A stretch of 39,515 nt of DNA, from NCBI GenBank assembly GCA_964632245.1, contig CAZWFG010000001.1, forward strand, positions 1-39,515, in the 5' to 3' direction. The notes under the pieces were generated by a model. The model made no database searches, was not told where the DNA came from, and saw only the letters and a program-made list of their open reading frames with translations. Positions 1 to 9,885 of this stretch are shown in pieces. The stretch's first letter is position 1. Every line of letters begins with the position of its first letter. The DNA comes from an uncultured Synechococcus sp. GTDB taxonomy: Bacteria; Cyanobacteriota; Cyanobacteriia; PCC-6307; Cyanobiaceae. The translations under genes were made by a program, and so were the position numbers.

Positions 1-475
1 CGAGGGCCGCCATGTCGCGGAAGCCGGCCCCCGGCTGCACGACGCTGGGAACGGTGTCCTGGATGGTCTTGTAAACCACCTCGCCGACACGGTCGGCGTC
101 TTCGGTGAGGCGGTAGGTGAGGTCGCCGGCCGACAGTTTCTCCAGGGCCCCCAGATCGATGCGCTGGAGCTGGGCGAAGAGCTGTCGCCGCAGTTCCTGG
201 CTCACCTGCAGAGCCGGCCCCGCCAGCAGGGTGTCCTGCCCGAACTGGGCCAGCTTCTGCAGCAGGAACAACCCCAGGGCGATCGCGATCACCTGCAGCA
301 CCCTGCCGACATCCCCGGCGCCGATGGCGGGGATGAGCCGGCCGGCCTGGGAGGCGAGCAGCGGCCAGCAGGCCACGAACACGAGCATGCAGACGCCCCC
401 CGCGGCCAGCCGAGCTCGATGGGGCTTCAGCGAGGGGAGCAGCCTGCGGAAGCCGGCCGGGGAGGGTGCGAGCAT
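1..475 (-). CDS. ABC exporter, fused permease/ATPase type; N-terminal transmembrane part only, 3' end runs off the window
   Basis: The reverse complement from ATG (CAT at 473-475) reads [40 protein letters not shown]...[63 protein letters not shown]. This is the typical start of an MsbA/MdlB-like ABC transmembrane domain. The frame stays open to position 1. It is absent from the ORF track because it has no stop inside the window. Confidence 0.6.
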   Translation of the reverse strand, partial: MLAPSPAGFRRLLPSLKPHRARLAAGGVCMLVFVACWPLLASQAGRLIPAIGAGDVGRVLQVIAIALGLFLLQKLAQFGQDTLLAGPALQVSQELRRQLFAQLQRIDLGALEKLSAGDLTYRLTEDADRVGEVVYKTIQDTVPSVVQPGAGFRDMAAL

Positions 476-512
476 CGGGGCAGGCTACGCGGGCAGTGCC
501 TTTCTCCTTCCG

Positions 513-713
513 GTGCGTCTGGATCAGTACCTCAAATGGCGGGGCCTCGTGGCCACGGGCGGAGAAGCCAAGCTGCGGGTGCAGTCAGGCCAGGTGCTGG
601 TCAACGGTGCCATCGAGCTGCGCCGGGGGCGGCAGCTCGGCAACGGCGACCGCCTCAGCTTCGACGGTCGAACCCATGAGGTGCTCCTCCCCGAGGCACC
701 GACGGGGACCTAG
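513..713 (+). CDS. small S4-domain RNA-binding protein (YbcJ-like)
   Basis: The C-terminal part of ORF 117-713 reads [57 protein letters not shown], which matches the YbcJ/S4 pattern. I chose the GTG at 513 as start because the upstream part of the ORF is antisense to the ABC gene. Confidence 0.6.
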   Translation: MRLDQYLKWRGLVATGGEAKLRVQSGQVLVNGAIELRRGRQLGNGDRLSFDGRTHEVLLPEAPTGT

Positions 714-738
714 GTTGGCGGGCTCTTGCACAGGGTCC

Positions 739-1491
739 GTGGCCACGGCGTCGCGCCCGGCGGTGATCGCCGGCAACTGGAAGATGCACATGACATGCGC
801 GGAGGCCAGGTCCTTCGCCGAACGCTTCCTGCCGCTGATCCAGGACCTGCCTGGGGACCGCACCATCGTGCTGGCTCCACCGTTCACGGCTCTGCAGACG
901 CTGAGTGAGGCCCTGGCCGGCAGCCCGGTCGCCCTCTCAAGCCAGAACGTGCACTGGGAGGGCCACGGGGCCTACACCGGCGAAATCTCACCGGCGATGC
1001 TGCTGGAACATGGCGTGCGTTACGCGATTGTCGGCCACAGCGAACCCCGCAAGTACTTCAGCGAAAGCGACGAGCAGATCAACCTGCGGGCCCGTGCCGC
1101 CCAGGCTGCGGGCCTGGTGCCCATCGTCTGTGTGGGCGAGAGCGATGAGCAGCGCGAAGCCGGCGAAACCGAACGGGTGATCCGCCGTCAGGTGGAGCAG
1201 GGTCTGCAGGGGCTGGACCCCCGCCATCTGGTGGTGGCCTACGAACCGATCTGGGCCATCGGCACCGGCAAGACCTGTGCCGCCAGTGAAGCCAACCGGA
1301 TCTGCGGCCAGATCCGCACCTGGGTGGGCGAGCCGGCATTGGTTGTGCAGTACGGCGGCTCGGTCAAGCCGGACAACATCGACCAGATCATGGCCCAGTC
1401 CGACATTGACGGCGTGCTGGTGGGCGGCGCCTCCCTTGATCCTGAAGGGTTTGCCCGCATCGCCGGCTTTCAGGTGGCCGCGCCGGTGTGA
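739..1491 (+). CDS. tpiA: triosephosphate isomerase
   Basis: The translation contains [26 protein letters not shown] and GGSVKPDN, which are TIM signatures. The start is uncertain: GTG 739 or TTG 715, both in frame. Confidence 0.9.
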   Translation: MATASRPAVIAGNWKMHMTCAEARSFAERFLPLIQDLPGDRTIVLAPPFTALQTLSEALAGSPVALSSQNVHWEGHGAYTGEISPAMLLEHGVRYAIVGHSEPRKYFSESDEQINLRARAAQAAGLVPIVCVGESDEQREAGETERVIRRQVEQGLQGLDPRHLVVAYEPIWAIGTGKTCAASEANRICGQIRTWVGEPALVVQYGGSVKPDNIDQIMAQSDIDGVLVGGASLDPEGFARIAGFQVAAPV

Positions 1492-2324
1492 ATCCTCCCG
1501 GGCCCCTGCTGCCCTGGGGAGAGCGCACTGGCGTGATGGCCGTGCTCAATCTCACGCCCGATTCGTTCAGTGACGGGGGGCGTCTGCAGGGACCGGCGAT
1601 GGTGCTGGCTGCGGCCCGCCGTGCCCTCGCCCAGGGAGCGGATGTGCTCGACCTGGGGGCCCAGAGCAGCCGTCCCGGAGCGGTTGCCGTGGGCGCTGAG
1701 GAGGAGTGTCGACGGCTGCTGCCGGCCCTGGCCCTGCTGCGGCAGCAGCTGGGTCCAGCGCCGCTGATCAGCGTCGATACAACCCTGGCGGCCGTGGCCG
1801 CCGCGGCCCTGGATGCCGGCGCCGACTGGATCAACGACGTCAGCGGTGGCCGGGGTGACCCTGACCTGTGGCCGCTGGTGGGCCGCCGGGGCTGTCCGCT
1901 GGTGCTGATGCACAGCCGCGGTGACAGCACCACGATGGATGCCCTGGCTTGTTACGACGACGTCTGCGGCGAGGTCGAGGCCGAGTTGCTGCAGGCCACC
2001 GCGGCCGCCCGTCGGGCGGGGGTGGCCGCCGATCGCATCCTCTGGGATCCGGGGCTGGGGTTCGCCAAGACCGGCGACCAGAACCTCACCCTGCTCGCCG
2101 GCCTGCCGCAGCTGGGGCGCCATGGGTTCCCGCTGCTTGTGGGTCCTTCACGCAAGCGCTTCATCGGAGCGGTGCTGCAGGAGCCGCGACCACGGGCCCG
2201 GGTCTGGGGCACGGCGGCCAGCGTCTGCCGGGCCATCGCCGGTGGCGCCCGGCTGGTGCGGGTGCATGACGTGGGACCGCTCGTGCAGACCTGCCGGATG
2301 GCCGATGCCCTCTGGCCCCGCTAG
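1488..2324 (+). CDS. folP: dihydropteroate synthase
   Basis: The translation contains [43 protein letters not shown] and SRKRFIG. The GTG start overlaps the tpiA stop (GTGA), so the two genes are translationally coupled. Confidence 0.9.
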   Translation: MNPPGPLLPWGERTGVMAVLNLTPDSFSDGGRLQGPAMVLAAARRALAQGADVLDLGAQSSRPGAVAVGAEEECRRLLPALALLRQQLGPAPLISVDTTLAAVAAAALDAGADWINDVSGGRGDPDLWPLVGRRGCPLVLMHSRGDSTTMDALACYDDVCGEVEAELLQATAAARRAGVAADRILWDPGLGFAKTGDQNLTLLAGLPQLGRHGFPLLVGPSRKRFIGAVLQEPRPRARVWGTAASVCRAIAGGARLVRVHDVGPLVQTCRMADALWPR

Positions 2325-2965
2325 CGCAGGCGCCTGAGGCAGAGCTCTTCGAAGGCGGGTCGCAGCAGGTAGGGGTACTCACCGACCCAGAGGCGCGCCT
2401 GGGGAATCCAGGCATCGGAAAGCGCGCCGATGCGGGCGAAATCACCCCGCTCTGCCAGCACCAGACAGCGCACCACCATGCCCTGCCGCAGGTTGCGATG
2501 GTCCTTGAGCAGCGGACAGCGCAGCACACCCAGGCGACCGTCTTCGTCCTCCAGTTCGAGGCAGAGCCACGTGCGTCGGTTCTCGACGACCTCGAGCCGA
2601 CCGCTGCGGTCGGCCTGTTCCTGCCGGTCCTCCAGGCGCTCGCGGGTGTAGAGGTCGGCGATCGTGCCCTCGAACAGAGCCGCCGCCGGGTAGCGCCGCA
2701 GGCGGCTGTTGCGCTGGCCGGCTTCGAGGATGGGGCCCCAGAGCACATAGAGCAGCAGGGTGATGCCGATCACCAGCCAGATGCTGCCGGCGCCGTAGCC
2801 GAAGGTGCTCTGGCTGATCAGCAGGGGGATCACCCCGCCGATGCTCGACACCAGCACTCGCTGCAATCCCTTGCTGGGGTTGCCCCAGCAGAAGGAGAAC
2901 TGGGGGCCCGTGGCCACCAGAGGCACCAGACGCTGCAGTTCGCCTGGTTTGAGCGGAATGAGCAT
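2321..2965 (-). CDS. conserved hypothetical membrane protein (2 predicted TM helices plus a soluble C-terminal domain)
   Basis: This is a 214-aa ORF with GC3-rich codon usage. It has hydrophobic stretches VLVSSIGGVIPLLIS and IWLVIGITLLLYVLWGPIL. It lies 8 nt downstream of dapB on the same strand. I cannot name a family. Confidence 0.55.
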   Translation of the reverse strand: MLIPLKPGELQRLVPLVATGPQFSFCWGNPSKGLQRVLVSSIGGVIPLLISQSTFGYGAGSIWLVIGITLLLYVLWGPILEAGQRNSRLRRYPAAALFEGTIADLYTRERLEDRQEQADRSGRLEVVENRRTWLCLELEDEDGRLGVLRCPLLKDHRNLRQGMVVRCLVLAERGDFARIGALSDAWIPQARLWVGEYPYLLRPAFEELCLRRLR

Positions 2966-2973
2966 GGCCGACC

Positions 2974-3870
2974 TCAGAGCAGCTTCTCGAGGCCGTACAC
3001 CAGGCCGGACAGCTGCCGCACCCGCCGGACGGTGAGCAGAACCCCCGGCATGTAAGCCGCCCGGTCGAAGGTGTCGTGCCGCAGCACGTAGCGCTCGCCG
3101 GGGGCGCCGAACTGGACTTCCTGGTGGGCCACCAGCCCCGGCAGGCGGATCGCATGCAGGCGCAGGCCGCTGGGCCTGAGGCCGCCGCGGCTGCCCGCCA
3201 GGCTTTCGTGCTCGTCAACTTCAGGGGCGTTGAAGGTCTTGCCCAGCTCCTCCATCAGCTCGGCGGTCTTGATGCAGGTGCCGCTGGGGGCATCGGCCTT
3301 GCGGTTGTGATGCAGCTCGGTGAGCTCAGCGAAGTCGTAGAAGCGGGCGGCGGCGGCGGCGGCCTGCTGCAGCAGCACCATGCCCACCGAGAAGTTGGGG
3401 ATCACGGCGCCACCCACCGAGGCCTTCTCCGAGAAGGTGGCGAGATCACTGAGCTGGGCGGGTGAGAGGCCCGTGGTGCCGATCACCGGGTGCACCCCGT
3501 AGGCGATCGCCGCGCGGGTGTGCTCGTAGACCACCGAGGGATGGGTGAAGTCCACCAGCACCGCGCCGGCACCGGGGCCGTCGTTGCGCACCGCCTGGCT
3601 GGCCTGGCAGAGGCTGCCCTCGAAATCGGCGGTGATCGCCACCTCCAGTTCACCGAGCCCCAGCTCCAGGCCCACATCGGCCCCCTCCTTGCCGGGGGTG
3701 GTGTCGATGGCCCCCACCAGGCGGCAATCGGGGGCCTGGTGCACGGCGCGCACCACCTCCGCCCCCATGCGCCCCAGGGCGCCCGCCACCACCACGGCAA
3801 TGGGCTGGCCGGCGCCGGCCTGGGGGGAAGCGCTGCTGCTGGTCATCGGGGAAGGCGAGGCGGGGGCCAC
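2974..3870 (-). CDS. dapB: 4-hydroxy-tetrahydrodipicolinate reductase
   Basis: The translation contains [20 protein letters not shown] (a Rossmann fold), [13 protein letters not shown] and [14 protein letters not shown], which are DapB motifs. The start could instead be the internal Met 8 codons downstream. Confidence 0.9.
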   Translation of the reverse strand: MAPASPSPMTSSSASPQAGAGQPIAVVVAGALGRMGAEVVRAVHQAPDCRLVGAIDTTPGKEGADVGLELGLGELEVAITADFEGSLCQASQAVRNDGPGAGAVLVDFTHPSVVYEHTRAAIAYGVHPVIGTTGLSPAQLSDLATFSEKASVGGAVIPNFSVGMVLLQQAAAAAARFYDFAELTELHHNRKADAPSGTCIKTAELMEELGKTFNAPEVDEHESLAGSRGGLRPSGLRLHAIRLPGLVAHQEVQFGAPGERYVLRHDTFDRAAYMPGVLLTVRRVRQLSGLVYGLEKLL

Positions 3871-3977
3871 TGCAGCTGAGCCTATGGGGCCCCACAGGCC
3901 TTGTTACGGCTGAGGGCCGGGGCTCGCAGGCGCGGGGGGCCCTTCGTAGGCTGCTTCACATTGCTCAATCAGCGCGC

Positions 3978-6900
3978 ATGTTCACGCAGGTCCGCTCCGC
4001 CTCCCGCCGCGTCAGCCCCGCGGAGGTGAACGGTCGGGCCGTGATGCGGGCGGTGTATGTGGTGCTGGAGCCCCAGTACCAGAACGCCCTCACCCAGGCG
4101 GCCACCTCGCTGAACGACCAGAACGGCCCCCTGGCCATCGATCTGAGCGGCTACCTGATCGAGGAGCTGCGGGACCCGCAGAACTACGCCGACTTCTGCG
4201 CCGACGTGGCCGAGGCGGATGTGTTCATCGCCTCGCTGATCTTCATCGAAGACCTGGCCCAGAAGGTGGTGGACGCGGTGGCCCCCCACCGCGACCGGCT
4301 CAAGGCGGCGGTGGTGTTCCCCTCCATGCCGGAGGTGATGCGGCTCAACAAGCTGGGCACCTTCTCCATGGCCCAGCTGGGCCAGAGCAAGTCGGCCATC
4401 GCCGGCTTCATGAAAAAGCGGAAGGAGGCCGGCGGCGCCGGTTTCCAGGACGCCATGCTCAAGCTGCTCAACACCCTGCCCACGGTGTTGAAGTACCTGC
4501 CGGTGGAGAAGGCGCAGGACGCCCGCTCCTTCATGCTCAGCTTCCAGTACTGGCTGGGGGGTACGCCGGACAACCTGCGCAACTTCCTGTTGATGCTGGC
4601 GGACAAATATGTGTTCCCCCGCAGCAAGGGGGGCGAGGGGGCCGACCGACCCGAACTGCAGGTGGCCGACCCTGTGGTCTTCCCCGACCTGGGCATCTGG
4701 CACCCCCTGGCCCCGGGGATGTTCGAAGACCTGAAGGAATACCTCAACTGGAGCGCCAGCCGCAAAGACCTCTCCGAGAAGGCGCGCCAGGGCCCGGTGA
4801 TCGGCCTGGTGCTGCAGCGCAGCCACATCGTCACCGGCGATGAGGCCCACTACGTGGCTCTCATCCAGGAGCTGGAGTACCGCGGGGCCAGGGTGATCCC
4901 TGTCTTCTGCGGTGGTCTCGACTTCTCGAAGCCCGTCAACAGTTTCTTCTTCGACCCTCTCAACCCCGACCAGGCCCTGGTGGACGCGGCGGTGAGCCTG
5001 ACCGGGTTCGCCCTGGTGGGCGGACCTGCCCGCCAGGACCACCCCAAGGCCATCGAGACCCTGCAGCGGCTCAACAGGCCCTACATGGTCGCCCTGCCGC
5101 TGGTGTTCCAGACCACCCAGGAATGGGAGGGGAGCGACCTGGGGCTGCATCCCGTGCAGGTGGCCCTGCAGATCGCCATCCCCGAGCTGGACGGGGCCAT
5201 CGAACCGATTGTTCTGTCCGGTCGCGATGACGCCACCGGCAAGGCCCACACCCTCCAGGATCGGGTCGATGCCATCGCTGAACGGGCCATCCGCTGGGCC
5301 AATCTGCGCCGCAAGCCGCGCCAGGCCAAGAAACTGGCAATCACCGTCTTCAGTTTTCCGCCTGACAAGGGGAATGTCGGGACAGCCGCCTACCTCGATG
5401 TCTTCGGCTCGATCTTCCGGGTGCTGGAGGAACTGCGGGCCGCCGGTTACGACGTCGGCACCCTGCCCAGGGATTCACGGGCTCTGATGCAGCAGGTGCT
5501 CAAGGATCCCGAAGCCATGGAAGGGACGCCGGAACTGGCCATTGCCCATCGCATGAGTGTCGAAGAATATGAGCGTCTCACTCCGTTCTCCAGCCGCCTC
5601 GAGGAGAACTGGGGACGGCCGCCGGGCCAGCTGAACAGCGATGGCCAGAACCTGCTGATCTATGGCTGCCACTTCGGCAACGTGTTCATCGGCGTCCAAC
5701 CCACCTTCGGCTACGAAGGCGATCCGATGCGGCTGCTCTACTCGCGCAGTGCCAGCCCTCATCACGGCTTTGCGGCGTATTACACCTATCTCGAGAAGGT
5801 CTGGGGCGCCGATGCGGTGCTGCATTTCGGCACCCACGGATCCCTCGAGTTCATGCCAGGTAAACAGATGGGCATGAGCGAGACTTGTTACCCCGATTCG
5901 CTGATCGGTGCCCTCCCTAACCTTTACTACTACGCAGCCAACAATCCGTCGGAAGCCACGATTGCCAAACGCCGTGGCTACGCGTCCACCATCAGTTACC
6001 TGACGCCGCCGGCCGAGAACGCCGGCCTATACAAGGGCCTCAAGGAGCTCGGTGAACTGGTCGGTTCGTACCAGCAGCTGCGGGAGAGTAGCCGTGGCAT
6101 TCAGATCGTCAACGCCATCATCGAGACCGCCCGCCAGTGCAACCTGGACCATGACGTTGACCTGCCTGCGGTCGACGCGATGGAGCTTGATCAGGACCAG
6201 CGCGATGCGGTGGTCGGAGCGGTGTACCGGCAACTGATGGAGATCGAGAGCCGTCTTCTCCCCTGCGGTCTGCACACCATCGGCAAGCCACCGACGGCGG
6301 AGGAAGCGATCGCCACCCTGGTCAACATCGCTGCACTGGAACGCGAGGAGGAGGGATTGCGCAGCCTGCCTGGCCTGCTGGCCGAGAGCCTGGGGCGCTC
6401 CATTGAGGAGGTGTACCGCGGCAACGATGCCGGGGTGCTCGCGGATGTCGAACTGAACCGGCGCATCACCACCACCAGCCGTCTGGCGGTGGGGGCGATG
6501 GTGCGGGCCCTCACGGGCCGTGATGGTCGCGTCACCCTGCGGGACAGCCTCGGCTGGCTCTGGCGCTCCCTCGAGCGCCTGGGGATGCGCCTGCCCAGCC
6601 CCTGGCTGCGGGCCTGTTGTGGCGCCGGCTTCACCCAGGTGAATGCCGTCGAACTTGACCGTCTGTTCAGCTATCTGCGGGGATGTCTCGAACTCGTCTG
6701 TGCCGACGAGGAGATGCAGAGCCTGCTGCGCGCCCTGGATGGCAACTATGTGCTGCCTGGTCCTGGTGGTGATCCGATCCGCAATCCAGGTGTGTTGCCG
6801 AGTGGCAAGAACATCCACGCCCTGGATCCCCAGTCAATCCCGACCCGGGCGGCCGTGGCTGCCGCCAAGGTGGTGGTGGACCGCCTGATCGAGCGTCAGC

Positions 6901-7997
6901 GGTCCGAGCAGGGCACCTGGCCCGAGACCATCGCCTGCGTGCTCTGGGGAACTGACAACATCAAGACCTACGGTGAATCCCTTGCCCAGATTCTCTGGTT
7001 CCTCGGCGTGCGTCCCCTCGCTGATTCGCTTGGGCGGGTGAACAAGCTGGAACTGATCCCTCTTGAAGAGCTTGGGCGGCCCCGCATCGACGTGGTCGTC
7101 AACTGCTCTGGGGTCTTCCGCGACCTCTTCATCAATCAGATGGCCCTGATTGATCAGGCCGTGAAGCTGGCGGCCGAGGCCGACGAGCCACTCGAGCAGA
7201 ACTTTGTGCGCCGCCATGCCCTGGAGCAGGCCGAAGCCCAGGGCGTTAGCCTCAGGGCCGCTGCCACGCGGGTGTTCTCCAATGCGAGTGGCAGCTACAG
7301 CTCAAATGTCAACCTTGCGGTCGAGAACAGCAGCTGGGAACAGGAAAGTGAACTGCAGGAGATGTACCTGCAGCGCAAGACCTTTGCGTTCAATGCTGAT
7401 AACCCAGGCGAGATGAACCAGAACCGCGAGGTTTTTGAGTCGGCGATGAAAACTGCAGATGTCACCTTCCAGAATCTGGATTCAGCCGAAATCTCGCTCA
7501 CCGATGTGAGTCATTACTTTGATTCAGACCCCACCAAGCTTATTCAGACCTTGCGGGAGGACGGCAAGGCTCCGGCGAGCTACATCGCGGATACCACGAC
7601 CGCCAATGCCCAGGTCCGCAGCCTTGGGGAAACAATCCGCCTTGATTCTCGCACCAAGCTGCTGAATCCGAAGTGGTACGAGGGAATGCTCAACAGCGGC
7701 TACGAAGGGGTGAGGGAAGTGGCCAAGCGCCTGAACTTCACCCTTGGTTGGAGCGCCACCAGCGGCTCCGTTGATAACTTCGTCTACGAGGAGGCCAACG
7801 AGACCTTCATCAATGACCCGGAGATGCGGCAGCGGCTGCTGGACCTCAACCCCCACAGCTTCCGGCGCATCGTCGGCACCCTGCTTGAGGTGCATGGGCG
7901 CGGCTACTGGGAGACCTCTGATGCCAACGTGCAACAGCTCCAGCAGCTGTACCAGGACATCGAGGACCGGATCGAGGGGGTGGAGCCCCGGTCCTGA
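3978..7997 (+). CDS. chlH: magnesium chelatase subunit H (protoporphyrin IX Mg-chelatase)
   Basis: This 1339-aa ORF begins MFTQVRS...[16 protein letters not shown] and contains [39 protein letters not shown] and [11 protein letters not shown], which are typical ChlH/BchH/CobN-family blocks. Confidence 0.95.
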   Translation: MFTQVRSASRRVSPAEVNGRAVMRAVYVVLEPQYQNALTQAATSLNDQNGPLAIDLSGYLIEELRDPQNYADFCADVAEADVFIASLIFIEDLAQKVVDAVAPHRDRLKAAVVFPSMPEVMRLNKLGTFSMAQLGQSKSAIAGFMKKRKEAGGAGFQDAMLKLLNTLPTVLKYLPVEKAQDARSFMLSFQYWLGGTPDNLRNFLLMLADKYVFPRSKGGEGADRPELQVADPVVFPDLGIWHPLAPGMFEDLKEYLNWSASRKDLSEKARQGPVIGLVLQRSHIVTGDEAHYVALIQELEYRGARVIPVFCGGLDFSKPVNSFFFDPLNPDQALVDAAVSLTGFALVGGPARQDHPKAIETLQRLNRPYMVALPLVFQTTQEWEGSDLGLHPVQVALQIAIPELDGAIEPIVLSGRDDATGKAHTLQDRVDAIAERAIRWANLRRKPRQAKKLAITVFSFPPDKGNVGTAAYLDVFGSIFRVLEELRAAGYDVGTLPRDSRALMQQVLKDPEAMEGTPELAIAHRMSVEEYERLTPFSSRLEENWGRPPGQLNSDGQNLLIYGCHFGNVFIGVQPTFGYEGDPMRLLYSRSASPHHGFAAYYTYLEKVWGADAVLHFGTHGSLEFMPGKQMGMSETCYPDSLIGALPNLYYYAANNPSEATIAKRRGYASTISYLTPPAENAGLYKGLKELGELVGSYQQLRESSRGIQIVNAIIETARQCNLDHDVDLPAVDAMELDQDQRDAVVGAVYRQLMEIESRLLPCGLHTIGKPPTAEEAIATLVNIAALEREEEGLRSLPGLLAESLGRSIEEVYRGNDAGVLADVELNRRITTTSRLAVGAMVRALTGRDGRVTLRDSLGWLWRSLERLGMRLPSPWLRACCGAGFTQVNAVELDRLFSYLRGCLELVCADEEMQSLLRALDGNYVLPGPGGDPIRNPGVLPSGKNIHALDPQSIPTRAAVAAAKVVVDRLIERQRSEQGTWPETIACVLWGTDNIKTYGESLAQILWFLGVRPLADSLGRVNKLELIPLEELGRPRIDVVVNCSGVFRDLFINQMALIDQAVKLAAEADEPLEQNFVRRHALEQAEAQGVSLRAAATRVFSNASGSYSSNVNLAVENSSWEQESELQEMYLQRKTFAFNADNPGEMNQNREVFESAMKTADVTFQNLDSAEISLTDVSHYFDSDPTKLIQTLREDGKAPASYIADTTTANAQVRSLGETIRLDSRTKLLNPKWYEGMLNSGYEGVREVAKRLNFTLGWSATSGSVDNFVYEEANETFINDPEMRQRLLDLNPHSFRRIVGTLLEVHGRGYWETSDANVQQLQQLYQDIEDRIEGVEPRS

Positions 7998-8018
7998 GCA
8001 GGATCACGGCACCAGCCC

Positions 8019-8046
8019 TTTACAAACCGCAACATCGTGTTACGGT
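8019..8046 (+). promoter_or_regulatory. HLR1-like (RpaB-type) direct-repeat element upstream of hli
   Basis: The sequence is TTTACAAA cc GCAACATC gt GTTACGGT: three 8-mers at 10-nt phasing. The first is a perfect match to the (G/T)TTACA(T/A)(T/A) HLR1 half-site and the other two are partial matches. It is followed by a possible -10 TATTGA (8047-8052) and lies 23 nt upstream of the hli GTG. Confidence 0.4.
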
Positions 8047-8068
8047 TATTGAAGTTTCAGGACCTGCC

Positions 8069-8314
8069 GTGGCTTCTTCCTCCCCCGCCGTGATCCGCGG
8101 CGCCACCGTCACCACCGAAGACGGCGGCCGTCTCAATGCCTTCGCCAGCGAGCCCCGCATGCAGGTGGTGAGCCCCGACAACGGCTGGGGCTTCCACGAG
8201 CGTGCCGAAAAGCTCAACGGCCGCATGGCCATGCTTGGCTTCATCGCCCTCCTGGCCACCGAGTTCGCCCTGGGTGGCGAGGCCTTCACCCGCGGTCTGC
8301 TCGGCCTCGGCTGA
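8069..8314 (+). CDS. hli: high-light-inducible protein (one-helix CAB/ELIP/HLIP family)
   Basis: The translation contains [23 protein letters not shown], the chlorophyll-binding helix motif ExxNGRxAMxGF. It is an 81-aa protein with a GTG start. Confidence 0.85.
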   Translation: MASSSPAVIRGATVTTEDGGRLNAFASEPRMQVVSPDNGWGFHERAEKLNGRMAMLGFIALLATEFALGGEAFTRGLLGLG

Positions 8315-8337
8315 TCAGCCCCACGGTTTCACCCTCA

Positions 8338-8369
8338 CCCACGGCAGACTTTCTGCTGTGGGTTTTTTT
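8338..8369 (+). terminator. rho-independent terminator after hli
   Basis: The stem CCCACGGCAG (8338-8347) pairs with CTGCTGTGGG (8353-8362), giving 10 bp including one G-U. The loop is ACTTT and a T7 run follows at 8363-8369. It is the only canonical hairpin-plus-T-tract I found in the window. Confidence 0.7.
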
Positions 8370-9560
8370 GTGCCCGTGCCGCATCCCCCCCGTGCCCTCG
8401 TCAGCGGTGCCGGTCCAACAGGATGTGTGGCCGCCCTGGCCCTCGCCGCCGCCGGATGGCGGGTTGTTCTTCACGATCCCAGCCCGGCCCACAACCTCAG
8501 CCAGCGGGCCCGGGCCTACGCCCTCACCCATTCCAGCCGTCGGTTGCTGCAGTCCCTCGGTCTCTGGGAGGGGTTGCTTCCACAGCTCCAGCCCTTTCAG
8601 AGCCTGGTGATGTCGGATCGGTCAGCCGGTGCCCCCGATGTGCTGTTCACCGCTGCTGCTGCCCCCGTCGGCTGGATCCTGGACCATCGCCCCTTGATGG
8701 AACTGCTGCTCCAGCGCTGTCGGTCGGCCCCTCGGGTGCAGCTGCACATCGGTGAAGGCGTCGCTCCGACCCAGCCGGTCAACCTGCGGGTCCACTGTGA
8801 AGGCGGCCAGTCCCCGGCCCGCAGGGACCTGGGCATCCGTTTCCTGGGTTGGGATTACCGGCAGGGGTGCCTCACCTGCCAGGTTCAGCTGGAGGGGGCT
8901 GCCCCCGGCACCGCCTGGGAGGTGTTCCGTCCGGAGGGCCCCCTGGCAGTGCTTCCCCTTGGCGACGGCAGGGCGCAGGTGGTCTGGAGCGGGGCCCTGG
9001 AGTCCTGCCGCCAGCGCCAGGCCCTTGCTGAGGGGCCGTTCCTTGAGGCCCTCGGTGCTGCCCTGCCATCGGGCCTTCGGCCCAGCCGTCTGCTTGAACC
9101 AGCGGCGAGTTTTCCGGTGGCCTGTCGCCTCGCCGCTCGACTGGCCCGGGGGACGTCCCTGCTCTGCGGTGAGAGCGCCCACCGGTGCCATCCTGTCGGT
9201 GGGCAGGGCCTCAACCTCTGCCTGCGTGATGTGGCCGTGCTCTGGCAGGAGGCCGCCGCCGTGGCTGCCGGGGACCGCACCCTGAGCGGCCTGCCCCGGC
9301 GCTACGCCCGCCGCCGCTGGGCCGATGCCCTCTTCACCCTGGCGGCCACCGACCTGTTGATCCGCCTGTTTTCCAACCGCTGGCCTCCACTGCTGTGGCT
9401 GCGCCAGTTGATTCTGCGTTTGCTCGGCCTGGCGGCACCGTTGCGGGCCCTGGCCCTGGCGGCCGCCAGTCAGGGACTGGTCCCCCTCGGGGCCCTGCCA
9501 AGGGGGGTTGACAGTGGGACCTCCAGGGGAGAACAATCTCCTCTCTTCAGACGTGCTTAA
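8370..9560 (+). CDS. FAD-dependent monooxygenase, UbiH/UbiF/Coq6 family
   Basis: The translation contains ALVSGAGPTGCVAALALAAAGWRVVLHD (GxGxxG dinucleotide fold), GESAHRCHPVGGQGLNLCLRD (the conserved G(D)AAHxxxPxxGQGxN motif) and a hydrophobic C-terminus. The start is GTG 8370 or GTG 8376. The upstream part of ORF 8202-9560 overlaps hli and the terminator, so it is not coding. Confidence 0.8.
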   Translation: MPVPHPPRALVSGAGPTGCVAALALAAAGWRVVLHDPSPAHNLSQRARAYALTHSSRRLLQSLGLWEGLLPQLQPFQSLVMSDRSAGAPDVLFTAAAAPVGWILDHRPLMELLLQRCRSAPRVQLHIGEGVAPTQPVNLRVHCEGGQSPARRDLGIRFLGWDYRQGCLTCQVQLEGAAPGTAWEVFRPEGPLAVLPLGDGRAQVVWSGALESCRQRQALAEGPFLEALGAALPSGLRPSRLLEPAASFPVACRLAARLARGTSLLCGESAHRCHPVGGQGLNLCLRDVAVLWQEAAAVAAGDRTLSGLPRRYARRRWADALFTLAATDLLIRLFSNRWPPLLWLRQLILRLLGLAAPLRALALAAASQGLVPLGALPRGVDSGTSRGEQSPLFRRA

Positions 9561-9675
9561 CGGACATCGACGGACAGTCAGGCCACACTCGTGGCCAGAT
9601 CCACTGGTTCCTGTCGCTGTCCAGTCTTTCCGTCGTCACGGGGTGTCCCCGGTTCCTGTCCGCCATTTTCCGCCC

Positions 9676-9885
9676 ATGGTGATCACCACGTCGCCACAAC
9701 CTGTTCCACCTTCGGCCTTGGTGGAGTTTCTGCGGCGTGACATCGGCCTGAGCGACGATGCCCTCGCCCTTGGTCTGCGTCAGGCCGTTCAGGAACAAGC
9801 GCCTCTGCCGGTGACCCTCTGGCGGTTTGGTCTGATCAGCCTGGTGCAGCTCGACCGTGTCTACGACTGGCAGGACCGTCAGTAA
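9676..9885 (+). CDS. DUF2949-like small cyanobacterial protein
   Basis: From ATG 9676 the translation is [65 protein letters not shown]. This matches my memory of the DUF2949 pattern (...LPMILWQYGL.TL.QL..IFDW). Confidence 0.65.
   Translation: MVITTSPQPVPPSALVEFLRRDIGLSDDALALGLRQAVQEQAPLPVTLWRFGLISLVQLDRVYDWQDRQ

Noticed and set aside
2321-2324. Shared CTAG convergent stop codons (also at 20574-20577)
   Set aside because: CTAG reads as a stop on both strands. In DNA where stop codons are scarce, convergent frames are expected to terminate at the same palindrome fairly often. It is not evidence of a designed or regulatory feature.
3955-3970. HLR1-like half-site TTCACATT upstream of chlH
   Set aside because: Only one octamer is a reasonable match; the partner at the correct spacing matches 3/8. 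It sits 16-23 nt from the ATG, which is too close to function as a promoter element.
3969-5249. 426-aa ORF on the minus strand
   Set aside because: It lies entirely antisense to the 5' part of chlH. The product is a low-complexity Gly/Val/His/Gln-rich sequence with no domain signature. It is a typical high-GC shadow ORF.
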